Shown in pieces: positions 1 through 7,862 of a stretch of DNA of 64,000 nucleotides. Made by a program: the position numbers and the translations under genes. The notes beneath the pieces were generated by a model. The model was not told where the DNA came from. It ran no database searches and worked only from the letters and a program-made list of their open reading frames with translations. The stretch spans positions 118,091 through 182,090 of the forward strand of contig JBAZQK010000001.1 of the NCBI GenBank assembly GCA_041645215.1, in the 5' to 3' direction. Position 1 is the first letter of the stretch, and the number at the start of each line of letters is the position of its first letter. The stretch is from Patescibacteria group bacterium. Its GTDB lineage: Bacteria; Patescibacteriota; Patescibacteriia; Veblenbacterales; UBA10138.

Positions 1-1031
1 ACGCGGTCAAGCTGGAAGTTTTGCGCTCTTTAATGATGGGAACCGATGTTATTATTATTGACCCGGAAATGGAATACAAACATTTGGCCGAAGCGGTCGG
101 CGGGTCGTATGTCAGTATATCGCTTAATTCGGACGCTAAAATTAATCCGTTTGATTTGCCCCGTCCGGTGGGTGATGTGCGGGCCGGCGATATTATCCGT
201 TCGGCGGTTATTACCCTAAAAGGCTTAATGCGTTTAATGTTGGGCGCTTTAACCCATCAGGAAGACTCTATTGTTGACCGGGCTTTGCTGGAAACGTACG
301 CCAAAAAAGACATTACACCAACCTCTGATTTATCCAAAGTTGAGCCGCCGGTGATGGCCGATTTTGAGGACGTATTAAGCGGTATGGCTGGCGCGGAAGA
401 TTTGGTAATACGACTAAAAAAATATACGGACGGCACTTTTGCCGGTTTGTTCAACAAGCCCACCAATATTGATATGCGCAATCAGCTAGTGGTATTTTCG
501 GTGCGTGATTTAGAGGATGAATTACGCCCAATCGCCATTTATTCCATTATTAACTACATTTGGAACATAGTCCGATCGGAACTAAAAAAGAGAATTTTGG
601 TGATAGATGAAGCCTGGTGGCTAATGCAGAATGAGGACAGCGCCAAATTCATTTTTGCCCTGGTCAAGCGTTGCCGCAAATACTACTTAGGCGTTACCAC
701 GATTACGCAGGATGTAAACGACTTTTTAACCTCGCCCTATGGTCAAGCCATTGTTACCAACTCCGCCCTGCAACTATTGCTTAAACAATCACCGTCCGGG
801 ATTGATAAGCTGGTTAATACATTCCTGTTGACCGAAGGCGAAAAGTATTTGTTGTTAGAAGGCGGTGTGGGCGAGGGAATATTTTTTGCCGGCAATAAGC
901 ACGCCGCCATTAAAGTGGTGGCGTCATACACCGAGGACCAGCTAATAACCAGCGACCCGCGGCAATTGCTGGAGATTGAACAGGCTAAAAAAGAGTTTGC
1001 CGCGCAAGTGGACGAGCCGGAAATTGGCTAG
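1..1031 (+). CDS. VirB4/TrbE/CagE-family type IV secretion (conjugative) ATPase, C-terminal portion; 5' end lies outside window
   Basis: ORF open to window edge; motifs RILVIDEAWWLM (DEAW Walker B-like), GVTTITQDVNDF, LLLKQS, FLLTEGEKYLLLEGG typical of VirB4 C-terminal domain. Confidence 0.6.
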   Translation, partial: AVKLEVLRSLMMGTDVIIIDPEMEYKHLAEAVGGSYVSISLNSDAKINPFDLPRPVGDVRAGDIIRSAVITLKGLMRLMLGALTHQEDSIVDRALLETYAKKDITPTSDLSKVEPPVMADFEDVLSGMAGAEDLVIRLKKYTDGTFAGLFNKPTNIDMRNQLVVFSVRDLEDELRPIAIYSIINYIWNIVRSELKKRILVIDEAWWLMQNEDSAKFIFALVKRCRKYYLGVTTITQDVNDFLTSPYGQAIVTNSALQLLLKQSPSGIDKLVNTFLLTEGEKYLLLEGGVGEGIFFAGNKHAAIKVVASYTEDQLITSDPRQLLEIEQAKKEFAAQVDEPEIG

Positions 1032-1035
1032 AAAT

Positions 1036-1399
1036 AGAATTATGAATCAAGAATTAGGAATTAAGAATAATACAGCAAAGATAAAAACATTTACCGACTT
1101 ATTGGCTTGGCAAGAAGGACATAAATTGGTTCTGATGATTTATAAGATAACTACTGATTTTCCTAAGACAGAGCTATTTGCTCTAGTGGATCAATTAGTG
1201 GCTTAATAAAAAAATCAAAAACTATTCGTGATTCTTACCCAGTATAACTACTTGTGTTTCAGCTCGCTTTTAAAATAAAATTTATAAACCAGCTAAGTAA
1301 CTTATTCAATCGTTATCTTTTATTAATTACTTAATCTAAGCTCGCTAAATTTTATTTAACAAAGTAGTTATACTGGGCTTAATTCATAATTCTTAATTC
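1036..1399. repeat. Composite repeat: inverted AGAATTATGAATYAAG/heptamer ends (1036-1068 and 1378-1399) bracketing the four-helix fragment and a CCCAGTATAACTACTTG...CAAGTAGTTATACTGGG inverted-repeat hairpin (1238-1377)
   Basis: Read directly: 17-bp inverted repeat CCCAGTATAACTACTTG / CAAAGTAGTTATACTGGG; heptamers CTTAATTC ATAATTC TTAATTC at 1378-1399 are the reverse complement of 1041-1068. Confidence 0.55.
1042..1206 (+). pseudogene. N-terminal fragment of a four-helix-bundle protein (23S rRNA IVS protein family), truncated after ~55 codons
   Basis: MNQELGIKNNTAKIKTFTDLLAWQEGHKLVLMIYKITTDFPKTELFALVDQLV matches N-terminus of family (cf. intact copies at 2106 and 6746); premature stop; overlaps VirB4-like gene tail. 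Confidence 0.5.
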
Positions 1400-1408
1400 T
1401 TTCTAGTT

Positions 1409-2026
1409 GTGTCTCGTAAATTAATCATCATTCTTAGTGCAACAGCTAGCGTGTTACTGCTCGGTTTAGCAACGGGGTACTTTATTTGGTTTAGGAATCA
1501 ACCGCCGCCGGTTAATGCTAATCAGCCAGCTGACAATAGTCAAAACAATGTTACCGTGAATAATGGCAATGTGGCGCCGGTTAACAACGATGTGCCCTTG
1601 GGTTATCAAGGCTCGGGTGCGGCACCCGGTAGCGAGACCGATGATGATTCGCAAATTAGGTTAGTGGCTAAGAGTTTTGTGGAAAAATACGGCACTTTTT
1701 CAACCGATGTTAATTATGCCAATCTGGAGGGCCTTAAGTATTTATTAACTGACAGTATGAAGGCGGACATTAATAAAAGTGTGGCGGCCGGGCAATCTAA
1801 TCAGACTGGTTCTGTGTCTTTTTATGGCGTTACCACTAAGGCGTTGGTGACAAAAATAATTAATCAGGATTCAGGCCAAGGCGAAGTATTTTTAACCACT
1901 CAGCGCAGTGAAGTTTTTAGTCGTACTGCTACGCCGATTTTGCGGTATCAGGATATTAAAGTTGGTTTGTCAAAAGTCAATGGTCAATGGTTGGTTAACG
2001 AGGTGGAGTGGATTAAAGGGGAATAG
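1409..2026 (+). CDS. Membrane-anchored hypothetical protein (N-terminal TM helix, Pro/Asn-rich linker, globular C-terminal domain); possibly VirB8-like
   Basis: GTG start immediately after heptamer block; TM segment LIIILSATASVLLLGLATGYFIWF; no recognised catalytic motifs. Confidence 0.4.
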   Translation: MSRKLIIILSATASVLLLGLATGYFIWFRNQPPPVNANQPADNSQNNVTVNNGNVAPVNNDVPLGYQGSGAAPGSETDDDSQIRLVAKSFVEKYGTFSTDVNYANLEGLKYLLTDSMKADINKSVAAGQSNQTGSVSFYGVTTKALVTKIINQDSGQGEVFLTTQRSEVFSRTATPILRYQDIKVGLSKVNGQWLVNEVEWIKGE

Positions 2027-2105
2027 GAAACACTTAACCACTTTATCACTGGAACACTTTAACATTTATGGGAAATGATAACTAATTCAAAATTAAAAAA
2101 TCAAA

Positions 2106-2477
2106 ATGGAAAATGACAAATTAAAATTTAAAAATGAATTTAAGAAAAGGCTATATTCTTTTGTACTGAAATTAATTAAATTTATTGATTCTCTGCCTAA
2201 AGGGGTTGTTAGTGAGGTAATGGGTAAGCAATTATTACGCAGTGGCACTAGTATATTAGCCAATTATGTAGAAGCCAACTCAGCTAGTTCTAAGAAAGAT
2301 TTTATTAACTTTTTCACTCATTCTTTAAAATCAGCTAATGAATCAAAAGTTTGGTTAGCACTTTTAAAGGATACTAATAAAGGCAACAAACAAGAATTAG
2401 GCCGCCTTTTGGTGGAACTAATAGAATTGTCTAACATTTTAGCCTCTAGTATTTTAACTCTTAAAAATAAGAAATAA
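2106..2477 (+). CDS. Four-helix-bundle protein (23S rRNA intervening-sequence protein family)
   Basis: Family signature LLRSGTSILANYVEANSASSKKDFINFFTHSLKSANESKVWLALLKD, ~120 aa. Confidence 0.8.
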   Translation: MENDKLKFKNEFKKRLYSFVLKLIKFIDSLPKGVVSEVMGKQLLRSGTSILANYVEANSASSKKDFINFFTHSLKSANESKVWLALLKDTNKGNKQELGRLLVELIELSNILASSILTLKNKK

Positions 2478-2565
2478 TTTTGCATTTTTAATTGTCCCGC
2501 TTTGCGGGATCTCGCAAAGCGATGATAATTTTGATTTTTGATATTTACATTTTACATTTCCCATT

Positions 2566-2961
2566 ATGGCACCCAACGACCAAGCCCAAGATTATGAATC
2601 CGAGTTAGCCGCGGCGAGGCAACAGGAAAGGTTGCAGCAAATGCAAGCGGAGCAAGAGGCGCAAAAACCCAGTCGTTTACAGCGGCTGAAGGGTAATGTT
2701 GCGCAGTTAGCTAAACAGCAGGCGAAAAATATGGCTAAGCAGGCCGCTAAACAAGTTGCCAAGCAAGCTATAAGACCGGTGGCTATTTGGGTGGCAACTG
2801 GAATAGCAGCTCTTTTAGGCAATCCGATTACTTGGTTTGTTTCATTCGCGCTGCTTATCATCGTTTTTGGCTACTGGTGCGTTCAGCCGGCAACTAATAT
2901 CCCTAATTGCGCTGGGATAGTAGGTTGGGGCATTGTTGATATATTTAAGGTTGTTTTTTAG
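2566..2961 (+). CDS. Hypothetical membrane protein, Gln/Ala/Lys-rich coiled N-terminus and C-terminal TM hairpin
   Basis: Low-complexity QQAKNMAKQAAKQVAKQA then TM helices AIWVATGIAALLG / FVSFALLIIVFGYWC. Confidence 0.4.
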   Translation: MAPNDQAQDYESELAAARQQERLQQMQAEQEAQKPSRLQRLKGNVAQLAKQQAKNMAKQAAKQVAKQAIRPVAIWVATGIAALLGNPITWFVSFALLIIVFGYWCVQPATNIPNCAGIVGWGIVDIFKVVF

Positions 2962-3069
2962 TTTAATTTGTATGGATAAGTGTTGTATTTTGGGAAATTG
3001 TGAAATTGTGGTTTGATTAGTATTATTATAACGTGATTTTTTCAAAGGAATGTTAATTTATATATAAAA

Positions 3070-4608
3070 ATGTGCAATCTAGTTAAATTAGTTGTTTTCA
3101 GATCATTTTATGGCGGAATTTTATTAAGTATTATTTCCGTTACGTTTTTGTTATTCCCATTACAGAAGATTGCAGCGGCCGACCCAATTCAAGACAGGTG
3201 TTGGTTGCAAGAAAACTGTGAGTCATATAATGGCATCTGGGGTAAAAGCGATAATTATAAAAAACTTTATGGTAATGGACAGGCTGATGACTGGAGTCAG
3301 AAATTTTGTGATAACATTGGGGCCGATAAAGTTACGGCTCGTTGTTTTGCCGGTAATCCAACCCTGCCGCTGCAAGTCGGCATACCCGGGGTTACGGAAA
3401 AATTTTGTTCCAGTTTTAATTTAGGCAGTGAGCCGACCGCTTGTAAAATTGACGATGATTGTAAAGCCAAAAGTTTAGGTACTTGTCAGCCTGGGATTAA
3501 AGGCGGGTTCCCAGGTTATGTGGCGGCCTTTTATAAGTTTTTCGTGGGTTTTATGGCGGTGGTGGCGGTGGTGATGATTATGTGGGGCGGGTTTAAGCGA
3601 ATAATGGCCGCTGGCAGCGCGGAAAAAATAAAGGACGCTAATGGTACGGTTTTTGCCGCTATTATTGGTTTGGTGTTAACTTTAGTGTCTTATACTTTGC
3701 TTAATTTAATAAATCCACGCTTGGTGGCTAATATTTTGCCGTTAATGGAAAAAGTGCGGCCGGAAATTTTTGGCTTTTGTCCAAGTTATGAAAAAAATAA
3801 GTCCTTGTATGAGGCTGGGTATTTAAAATTTTTATGCGGCAGTGGCAAGAATGTGAATAGAACTTGTTTTACTGATGATGATTGTCCGCCTGACGGTGAG
3901 GTCAAAGGTAAGTGTGTGGAACGGGCTATGAGCTTTAATAACCCAGGGGATAATACTTGTGGTAAAAAGATGGTTTTTAGCGGCCGTGAATGCACCGGTA
4001 TGGAATGTCCTTCTGGACAGGGTTGTTTTAAAAATCAAGCCAGCAATAATCCTCCGTATGCTTGCGACAACATTATGCTCCAGGGAAATCTCAGCGGTAT
4101 ACGGGTTAATAAAATGGATGCCATCTTGGTTTGTAACAACGGCAGCGTGAGTGGTTATAATTGTGGCATGAAAGATGCTAACGGGACGGTTAGTGATAAT
4201 TTAGATGTTAAGAGTAAGAGCAGTTATGTTATTACTGGCTGTTGGACACCGGATACAAACAGCGAGCTTAAGTATCGTACCTTAGACACAAAATATTGTG
4301 AAAATGCCGGCGGTCTTAAGGGTATAGCCTTGGCGATTGAGAGGGAATCTACGGGCTGTGACGATTGGTATATTGTTGATGCTTCGTCTTGTTGGTCAGT
4401 CACCAAGAGAGTTACAGACGGAGACGGCAATTATGTTATATGGCCCCACTCGGCTGCACCTTTTTGTGTATATGATTTGTTTACCGCCGAAATGAATTTT
4501 CAAAAAGTTGATAAGAGCAAATTATTTTACCCTTTTGATAGCGATGGCAAGGTCAAAGCAATAAAATGTGATATAAATGTAACAAATAAAGAATTACCTG
4601 ATTTATAA
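3070..4608 (+). CDS. Large Cys-rich secreted/membrane protein with central pilin-like two-helix hydrophobic core (paralogue of 7863..9158)
   Basis: Signal peptide; >35 Cys; core YKFFVGFMAVVAVVMIMWGGFKRIMAAGSAEKIKDANGTVFAAIIGLVLTLVSYTLLNLINPRLV shared with 7863 ORF. Confidence 0.6.
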   Translation: MCNLVKLVVFRSFYGGILLSIISVTFLLFPLQKIAAADPIQDRCWLQENCESYNGIWGKSDNYKKLYGNGQADDWSQKFCDNIGADKVTARCFAGNPTLPLQVGIPGVTEKFCSSFNLGSEPTACKIDDDCKAKSLGTCQPGIKGGFPGYVAAFYKFFVGFMAVVAVVMIMWGGFKRIMAAGSAEKIKDANGTVFAAIIGLVLTLVSYTLLNLINPRLVANILPLMEKVRPEIFGFCPSYEKNKSLYEAGYLKFLCGSGKNVNRTCFTDDDCPPDGEVKGKCVERAMSFNNPGDNTCGKKMVFSGRECTGMECPSGQGCFKNQASNNPPYACDNIMLQGNLSGIRVNKMDAILVCNNGSVSGYNCGMKDANGTVSDNLDVKSKSSYVITGCWTPDTNSELKYRTLDTKYCENAGGLKGIALAIERESTGCDDWYIVDASSCWSVTKRVTDGDGNYVIWPHSAAPFCVYDLFTAEMNFQKVDKSKLFYPFDSDGKVKAIKCDINVTNKELPDL

Positions 4609-4626
4609 TAATGCACGTGTATCTTC

Positions 4627-4652
4627 AAGCCTCTTATTGCAAGAGGCTTTTG
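4627..4652 (+). terminator. Rho-independent terminator after Cys-rich gene
   Basis: AAGCCTCTTattgcAAGAGGCTT followed by TTTG TT. Confidence 0.6.
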
Positions 4653-4703
4653 TTGTTAAATTGGATTAATTCTTGTATAATATAATAAGGATTAAATGAA
4701 TTT

Positions 4704-4787
4704 ATGTTGGATAATCTTCGTTATTTTTGGAAAAATGTGGATAAAAAAAAGTTTTTAATAGTCTGGATTAATTTGAATTATAAATAG
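4704..4787 (+). pseudogene. Duplicated 5' fragment of the TolB-like gene (27 codons, MLDNLRYFWKNVDKKKF...), diverged copy of 5447..5530
   Basis: ATGTTGGATAATCTTCGTTATTTTTGGAAAAATGTGGATAAAAAAAAGTTTTT vs ATGTTGGATAACCTTCGCTATTGGTGGGAAAATTTGGACAAGAAAAAGTTTTTT at 5447. Confidence 0.55.
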
Positions 4788-4789
4788 AC

Positions 4790-5095
4790 TCGGTGATGTC
4801 ATTTCCGTCCCGTATCAAGTGCGGGATAAATTCCAACGGGAATCTGGGATCCCTTATTTTTGAAGGACTTACAAATATAGATTCCGTATCCACCGCTACG
4901 CGGGGCAGGCAAGTACGGAATGACAAGGATATTTTTTAAATCCGCAAGTCCTGTTAATATTAAAACAGCGCCGTTAAAGTTATTGGAGGTGTTTTTTGTT
5001 GCGTGGGTTGTCATCCTGAGCGCGAGCGAAGGAGCTCATAGATTCCTCAGCCCTCCTAAGGAGGGCTGAGGAATGACACTACTTAGTACTTTCAG
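4790..5095. repeat. Palindrome-rich noncoding segment (GTCATTCC...GGAATGAC type hairpins; perfect 15-bp stem ATTCCTCAGCCCTCC-taa-GGAGGGCTGAGGAAT; degenerate MITE-like copy with AGGACTTAC...GCAAGTCCT ends at ~4862-4978)
   Basis: Inverted repeats read directly from sequence; no credible ORF (track ORF 4799..5014 rejected). Confidence 0.5.
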
Positions 5096-5113
5096 AGTTG
5101 GCTAAATTAGGCT

Positions 5114-5142
5114 TTGTCAAAAAGCTTAAATTATGCTATAAT
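5114..5142 (+). promoter_or_regulatory. Sigma70-like promoter TTGTCA-N17-TATAAT; -10 ends 6 nt before ATG 5149 (leaderless transcript predicted)
   Basis: TTGTCA 5114-5119, TATAAT 5137-5142. Confidence 0.5.
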
Positions 5143-5148
5143 TTATTT

Positions 5149-5391
5149 ATGCAATCACTATTAATTAAGTTTTCGCCGGCTTTATTTTGGGATATTGATA
5201 GAGATTCTTTAAATTTTAAAAAACACCGTCAGTTTGTGATTGAGCGAGTGTTGAAATTCGGCGACTCCTCAGACTGGCAGGCCATAAAACAATTTTATGG
5301 TTTACCAGCCATAAAAAAAGTGGCTCAAACCAGCCGTGATTTAGATGATAAAAGTCGTAATTTTTGGCGGATTATGTTAAAAATTAAGTAA
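5149..5391 (+). CDS. Small conserved hypothetical protein (FWDID...FVIERVL..G..DW domain, commonly found as C-terminal module of HTH proteins)
   Basis: MQSLLIKFSPALFWDIDRDSLNFKKHRQFVIERVLKFGDSSDWQAIKQFYG...; start chosen at Met18 of track ORF because promoter occupies 5114-5142. Confidence 0.45.
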   Translation: MQSLLIKFSPALFWDIDRDSLNFKKHRQFVIERVLKFGDSSDWQAIKQFYGLPAIKKVAQTSRDLDDKSRNFWRIMLKIK

Positions 5392-5446
5392 AAATTAATG
5401 ACTGTTTTAACGCCGCCGGGAATTAAATTTTTACGGCTAGAAATAT

Positions 5447-6718
5447 ATGTTGGATAACCTTCGCTATTGGTGGGAAAATTTGGACAAGAAAAAGTTTTTT
5501 GGAGCCGTTACGGTTTTAACAGTTATTATCGGTCTGGGTTTTGTTATTTATTTAATTTGGCGTCCGGAAAGGCCGTCATCGCCAACCAATGTGAATTTGC
5601 CCGGAGAGAGCGGTTTCCCAATAGGCGCTCCCGGCGGGGTAAATGTGGCTGAACCGGGTGAAATCACTTTACCGTCAACCGAAGGAGTAACTCCGCCGCC
5701 GAGCGGCGGCGAGTTGCCGCCGGTAATCGCCAGCGGCGGCATTACTCTGACCGCGGTGGTAAATGACCAAGCAACCGCTTTCCCCGTATTTAGCGGCAGC
5801 GCCGTGCGTTATTATGACCCGCGTGAATGTGGTTTTTACGAAATAACCGGCGACGGCCAGCGCGCCGCCTTGACTGATGCTGCTTATTGCAGTGTTAATA
5901 ATATGACTTGGTCGCCAAATACCACGGGCGCGGTTTTGGAGTTTCCCGATGGTTCCAATGTGGTTTATGATTTTAGAACTAAGAAGCAATATTCTTTGCC
6001 TCGGGAAATGGAAAATTTTTCCTGGTCGCCGGATAGCGGTAAAATTGCCGGCAAGTTTATGGGTGACGATTTGGGAGACAGATGGGTGGTTACGGTTAAC
6101 AGCGACGGCTCGGCTTTAACCGGGGTGGAGCCAATGGGCGATAACGCCGACAAGGTCAATGTGGAATGGTCGCCGAATAATCAGGTAATTGCTCTGTCGC
6201 GAACCGGTGAACCGTCCGGCGCTTTTACCCAGCAGGTGTTATTGGTTGGATTTAATCAGGAAAATTTTAAAGGTTTGTATATTGATGGCCGTGGTTTTCA
6301 GCCTAAATGGACGCCGGATGGTAAAAGATTGTTATATTCGGTATTCAATGATAAAACCAATTTTAAACCGTCACTTTGGCTGGCTGATGCGGCTCCCGAT
6401 AGAGTTGGCTTAAATAAACAAAATCTTAACTTAGCCACTTGGGCTGATAAGTGCAATTTTAGCGGGAGCTATGCTTATTGCGCCGTACCAACCAATTTGC
6501 CGGACGGGTCTGGTTTAGTGCGGGAATTGGCTAATGGCGCACCGGATTCGTTGTGGCGGGTGGATTTAACCACGGGCGCGATTAATATTTTAGCTACTCC
6601 GGTCGCCGATGACGGTCAAGGTCTGACCGCGGCCAATATAACAATTTCAGCTGATGCCAAATGGCTGTATTTTACCGACAGCGACGGTAAGCTAAGGAGT
6701 GTGAAGTTGCAGGAGTAA
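5447..6718 (+). CDS. TolB-like beta-propeller (PD40 repeat) protein, N-terminally membrane anchored, Pro/Gly-rich linker
   Basis: Repeated WSPD/WSPN/WTPDGK motifs (FSWSPDSGKIAG, VEWSPNNQVIAL, PKWTPDGKRLLY); TM helix near N-terminus. Confidence 0.55.
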   Translation: MLDNLRYWWENLDKKKFFGAVTVLTVIIGLGFVIYLIWRPERPSSPTNVNLPGESGFPIGAPGGVNVAEPGEITLPSTEGVTPPPSGGELPPVIASGGITLTAVVNDQATAFPVFSGSAVRYYDPRECGFYEITGDGQRAALTDAAYCSVNNMTWSPNTTGAVLEFPDGSNVVYDFRTKKQYSLPREMENFSWSPDSGKIAGKFMGDDLGDRWVVTVNSDGSALTGVEPMGDNADKVNVEWSPNNQVIALSRTGEPSGAFTQQVLLVGFNQENFKGLYIDGRGFQPKWTPDGKRLLYSVFNDKTNFKPSLWLADAAPDRVGLNKQNLNLATWADKCNFSGSYAYCAVPTNLPDGSGLVRELANGAPDSLWRVDLTTGAINILATPVADDGQGLTAANITISADAKWLYFTDSDGKLRSVKLQE

Positions 6719-6745
6719 CAAAAAATATCAAAATTCAAATTTCAA

Positions 6746-7126
6746 ATGTCAAACCAAGCACGAAATCCCAATGACAAAAAGTATGATTTAAAGGAAAGAA
6801 CGTCTAAATTCGGCGAAGACTTGATAATTTTTGTTTCAAAATTAGAGCGAAGCCCCATAAACAATCCCTTAGTTAGTCAATTGGTCAGGTCTTGTACAAG
6901 CATAGGAGCAAATTATATGGAGGCTGATGGTGCGGAATCAAGGCCGGATTTTAAACATAAGATTGCTATTTGCAAAAAAGAGGCCAAAGAAACCACGCAT
7001 TGGTGTAAAATGTTAGCCGCAGTTAATCCGCAGTACGGAGAGCATTTTGCTGGTTTTTATAAAGAAGCGCATGAGTTGGTTTTAATTTTTTCTTCCATTT
7101 TGAATAATATGGTTAAGTCAAAATAA
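6746..7126 (+). CDS. Four-helix-bundle protein (23S rRNA IVS protein family), second intact copy
   Basis: LVRSCTSIGANYMEADGAESRPDFKHKIAICKKEAKETTHWCKMLAAV, ~125 aa. Confidence 0.8.
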   Translation: MSNQARNPNDKKYDLKERTSKFGEDLIIFVSKLERSPINNPLVSQLVRSCTSIGANYMEADGAESRPDFKHKIAICKKEAKETTHWCKMLAAVNPQYGEHFAGFYKEAHELVLIFSSILNNMVKSK

Positions 7127-7169
7127 TTTTAGTCATTTAGAAATTGATTTGTCATTTGAGCTTTGAAAT

Positions 7170-7826
7170 TTGGATTTTATGAATAAGCATGGTTTCTGGT
7201 TTTTACTAATTGCTTTAGGAGTTGTTGGTTTTGCGTTTTATAGTTTAAAGCAGCAATCTTCAAGCTTTAAGCCGGCGCTTAAACCGGTTAATATTATTTA
7301 TCCCAAGTTACCCGGTGAAGTGACAATTTTTCCGGCTGACCCCCAGCTCGGCGAACGACAGGCACCGGTAAAAATTATTGAATTCGGTGATTTTCAATGT
7401 CCATTCTGCGCGCAAACCGCGCCGATTTTAGAACAGACGGTTAAAAACAATAAAGGCAAAGTTGAGCTTATTTGGAAGGATTTTCCGCTCCCTGATCACC
7501 CCGAGGCCTATGCCGCCGCCGCCGCCGCGCAATGCGCCGGTCGGCAAGGAAAATTTTGGGAATATCACGACCAATTATTTTTGAATCAAAGTTCTTTGGG
7601 TCAAGATTTGTATAACAGGATAGCTTCGTCTTTAAATTTAAATATGGAGAAATTTTCCAGTTGCCTAAGTAATCACGAAGCTGTACCGTTAATAAAGCAG
7701 AATATTGACGAGGCTCGAGCCATTGGGGTTGATAGCACGCCGTATTTTGTGATAAACGGGCAAGTTTATAGCGGTATAATAAGCCAGGAAGAGTTAAATT
7801 CCCTTATTAATTCAGTTAGTAAATAA
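7170..7826 (+). CDS. DsbA-family thiol:disulfide oxidoreductase, membrane anchored
   Basis: N-terminal TM helix, thioredoxin-fold active site FGDFQCPFCAQ (CxxC). Confidence 0.75.
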   Translation: MDFMNKHGFWFLLIALGVVGFAFYSLKQQSSSFKPALKPVNIIYPKLPGEVTIFPADPQLGERQAPVKIIEFGDFQCPFCAQTAPILEQTVKNNKGKVELIWKDFPLPDHPEAYAAAAAAQCAGRQGKFWEYHDQLFLNQSSLGQDLYNRIASSLNLNMEKFSSCLSNHEAVPLIKQNIDEARAIGVDSTPYFVINGQVYSGIISQEELNSLINSVSK

Positions 7827-7862
7827 AAATCATTTATACTATCAGTTGGGCAGTAATTATTT

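Noticed and set aside
257-931. Minus-strand ORFs 257..481 and 743..931 inside the VirB4-like gene
   Set aside because: Antisense to a well-supported CDS, no motifs; typical spurious ORFs.
976-1041. 5' part of track ORF 976..1206
   Set aside because: It overlaps the VirB4-like gene tail in another frame. The recognisable four-helix-bundle homology begins at the ATG at 1042.
2494-2521. Hairpins CCCGCtttgCGGG and CGCaaaGCG after the four-helix-bundle gene as an attenuator
   Set aside because: Two mutually exclusive short hairpins are present but no T-run follows and no upstream leader logic exists; probably just a weak terminator or structured spacer.
5467-6413. Alternative-frame and antisense ORFs within the TolB-like gene (5467..5652, 5548..5742, 5675..5989, 5965..6159, 6189..6413)
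   Set aside because: GC-rich Pro/Gly linker region generates long spurious ORFs; PD40 repeats support the annotated frame.
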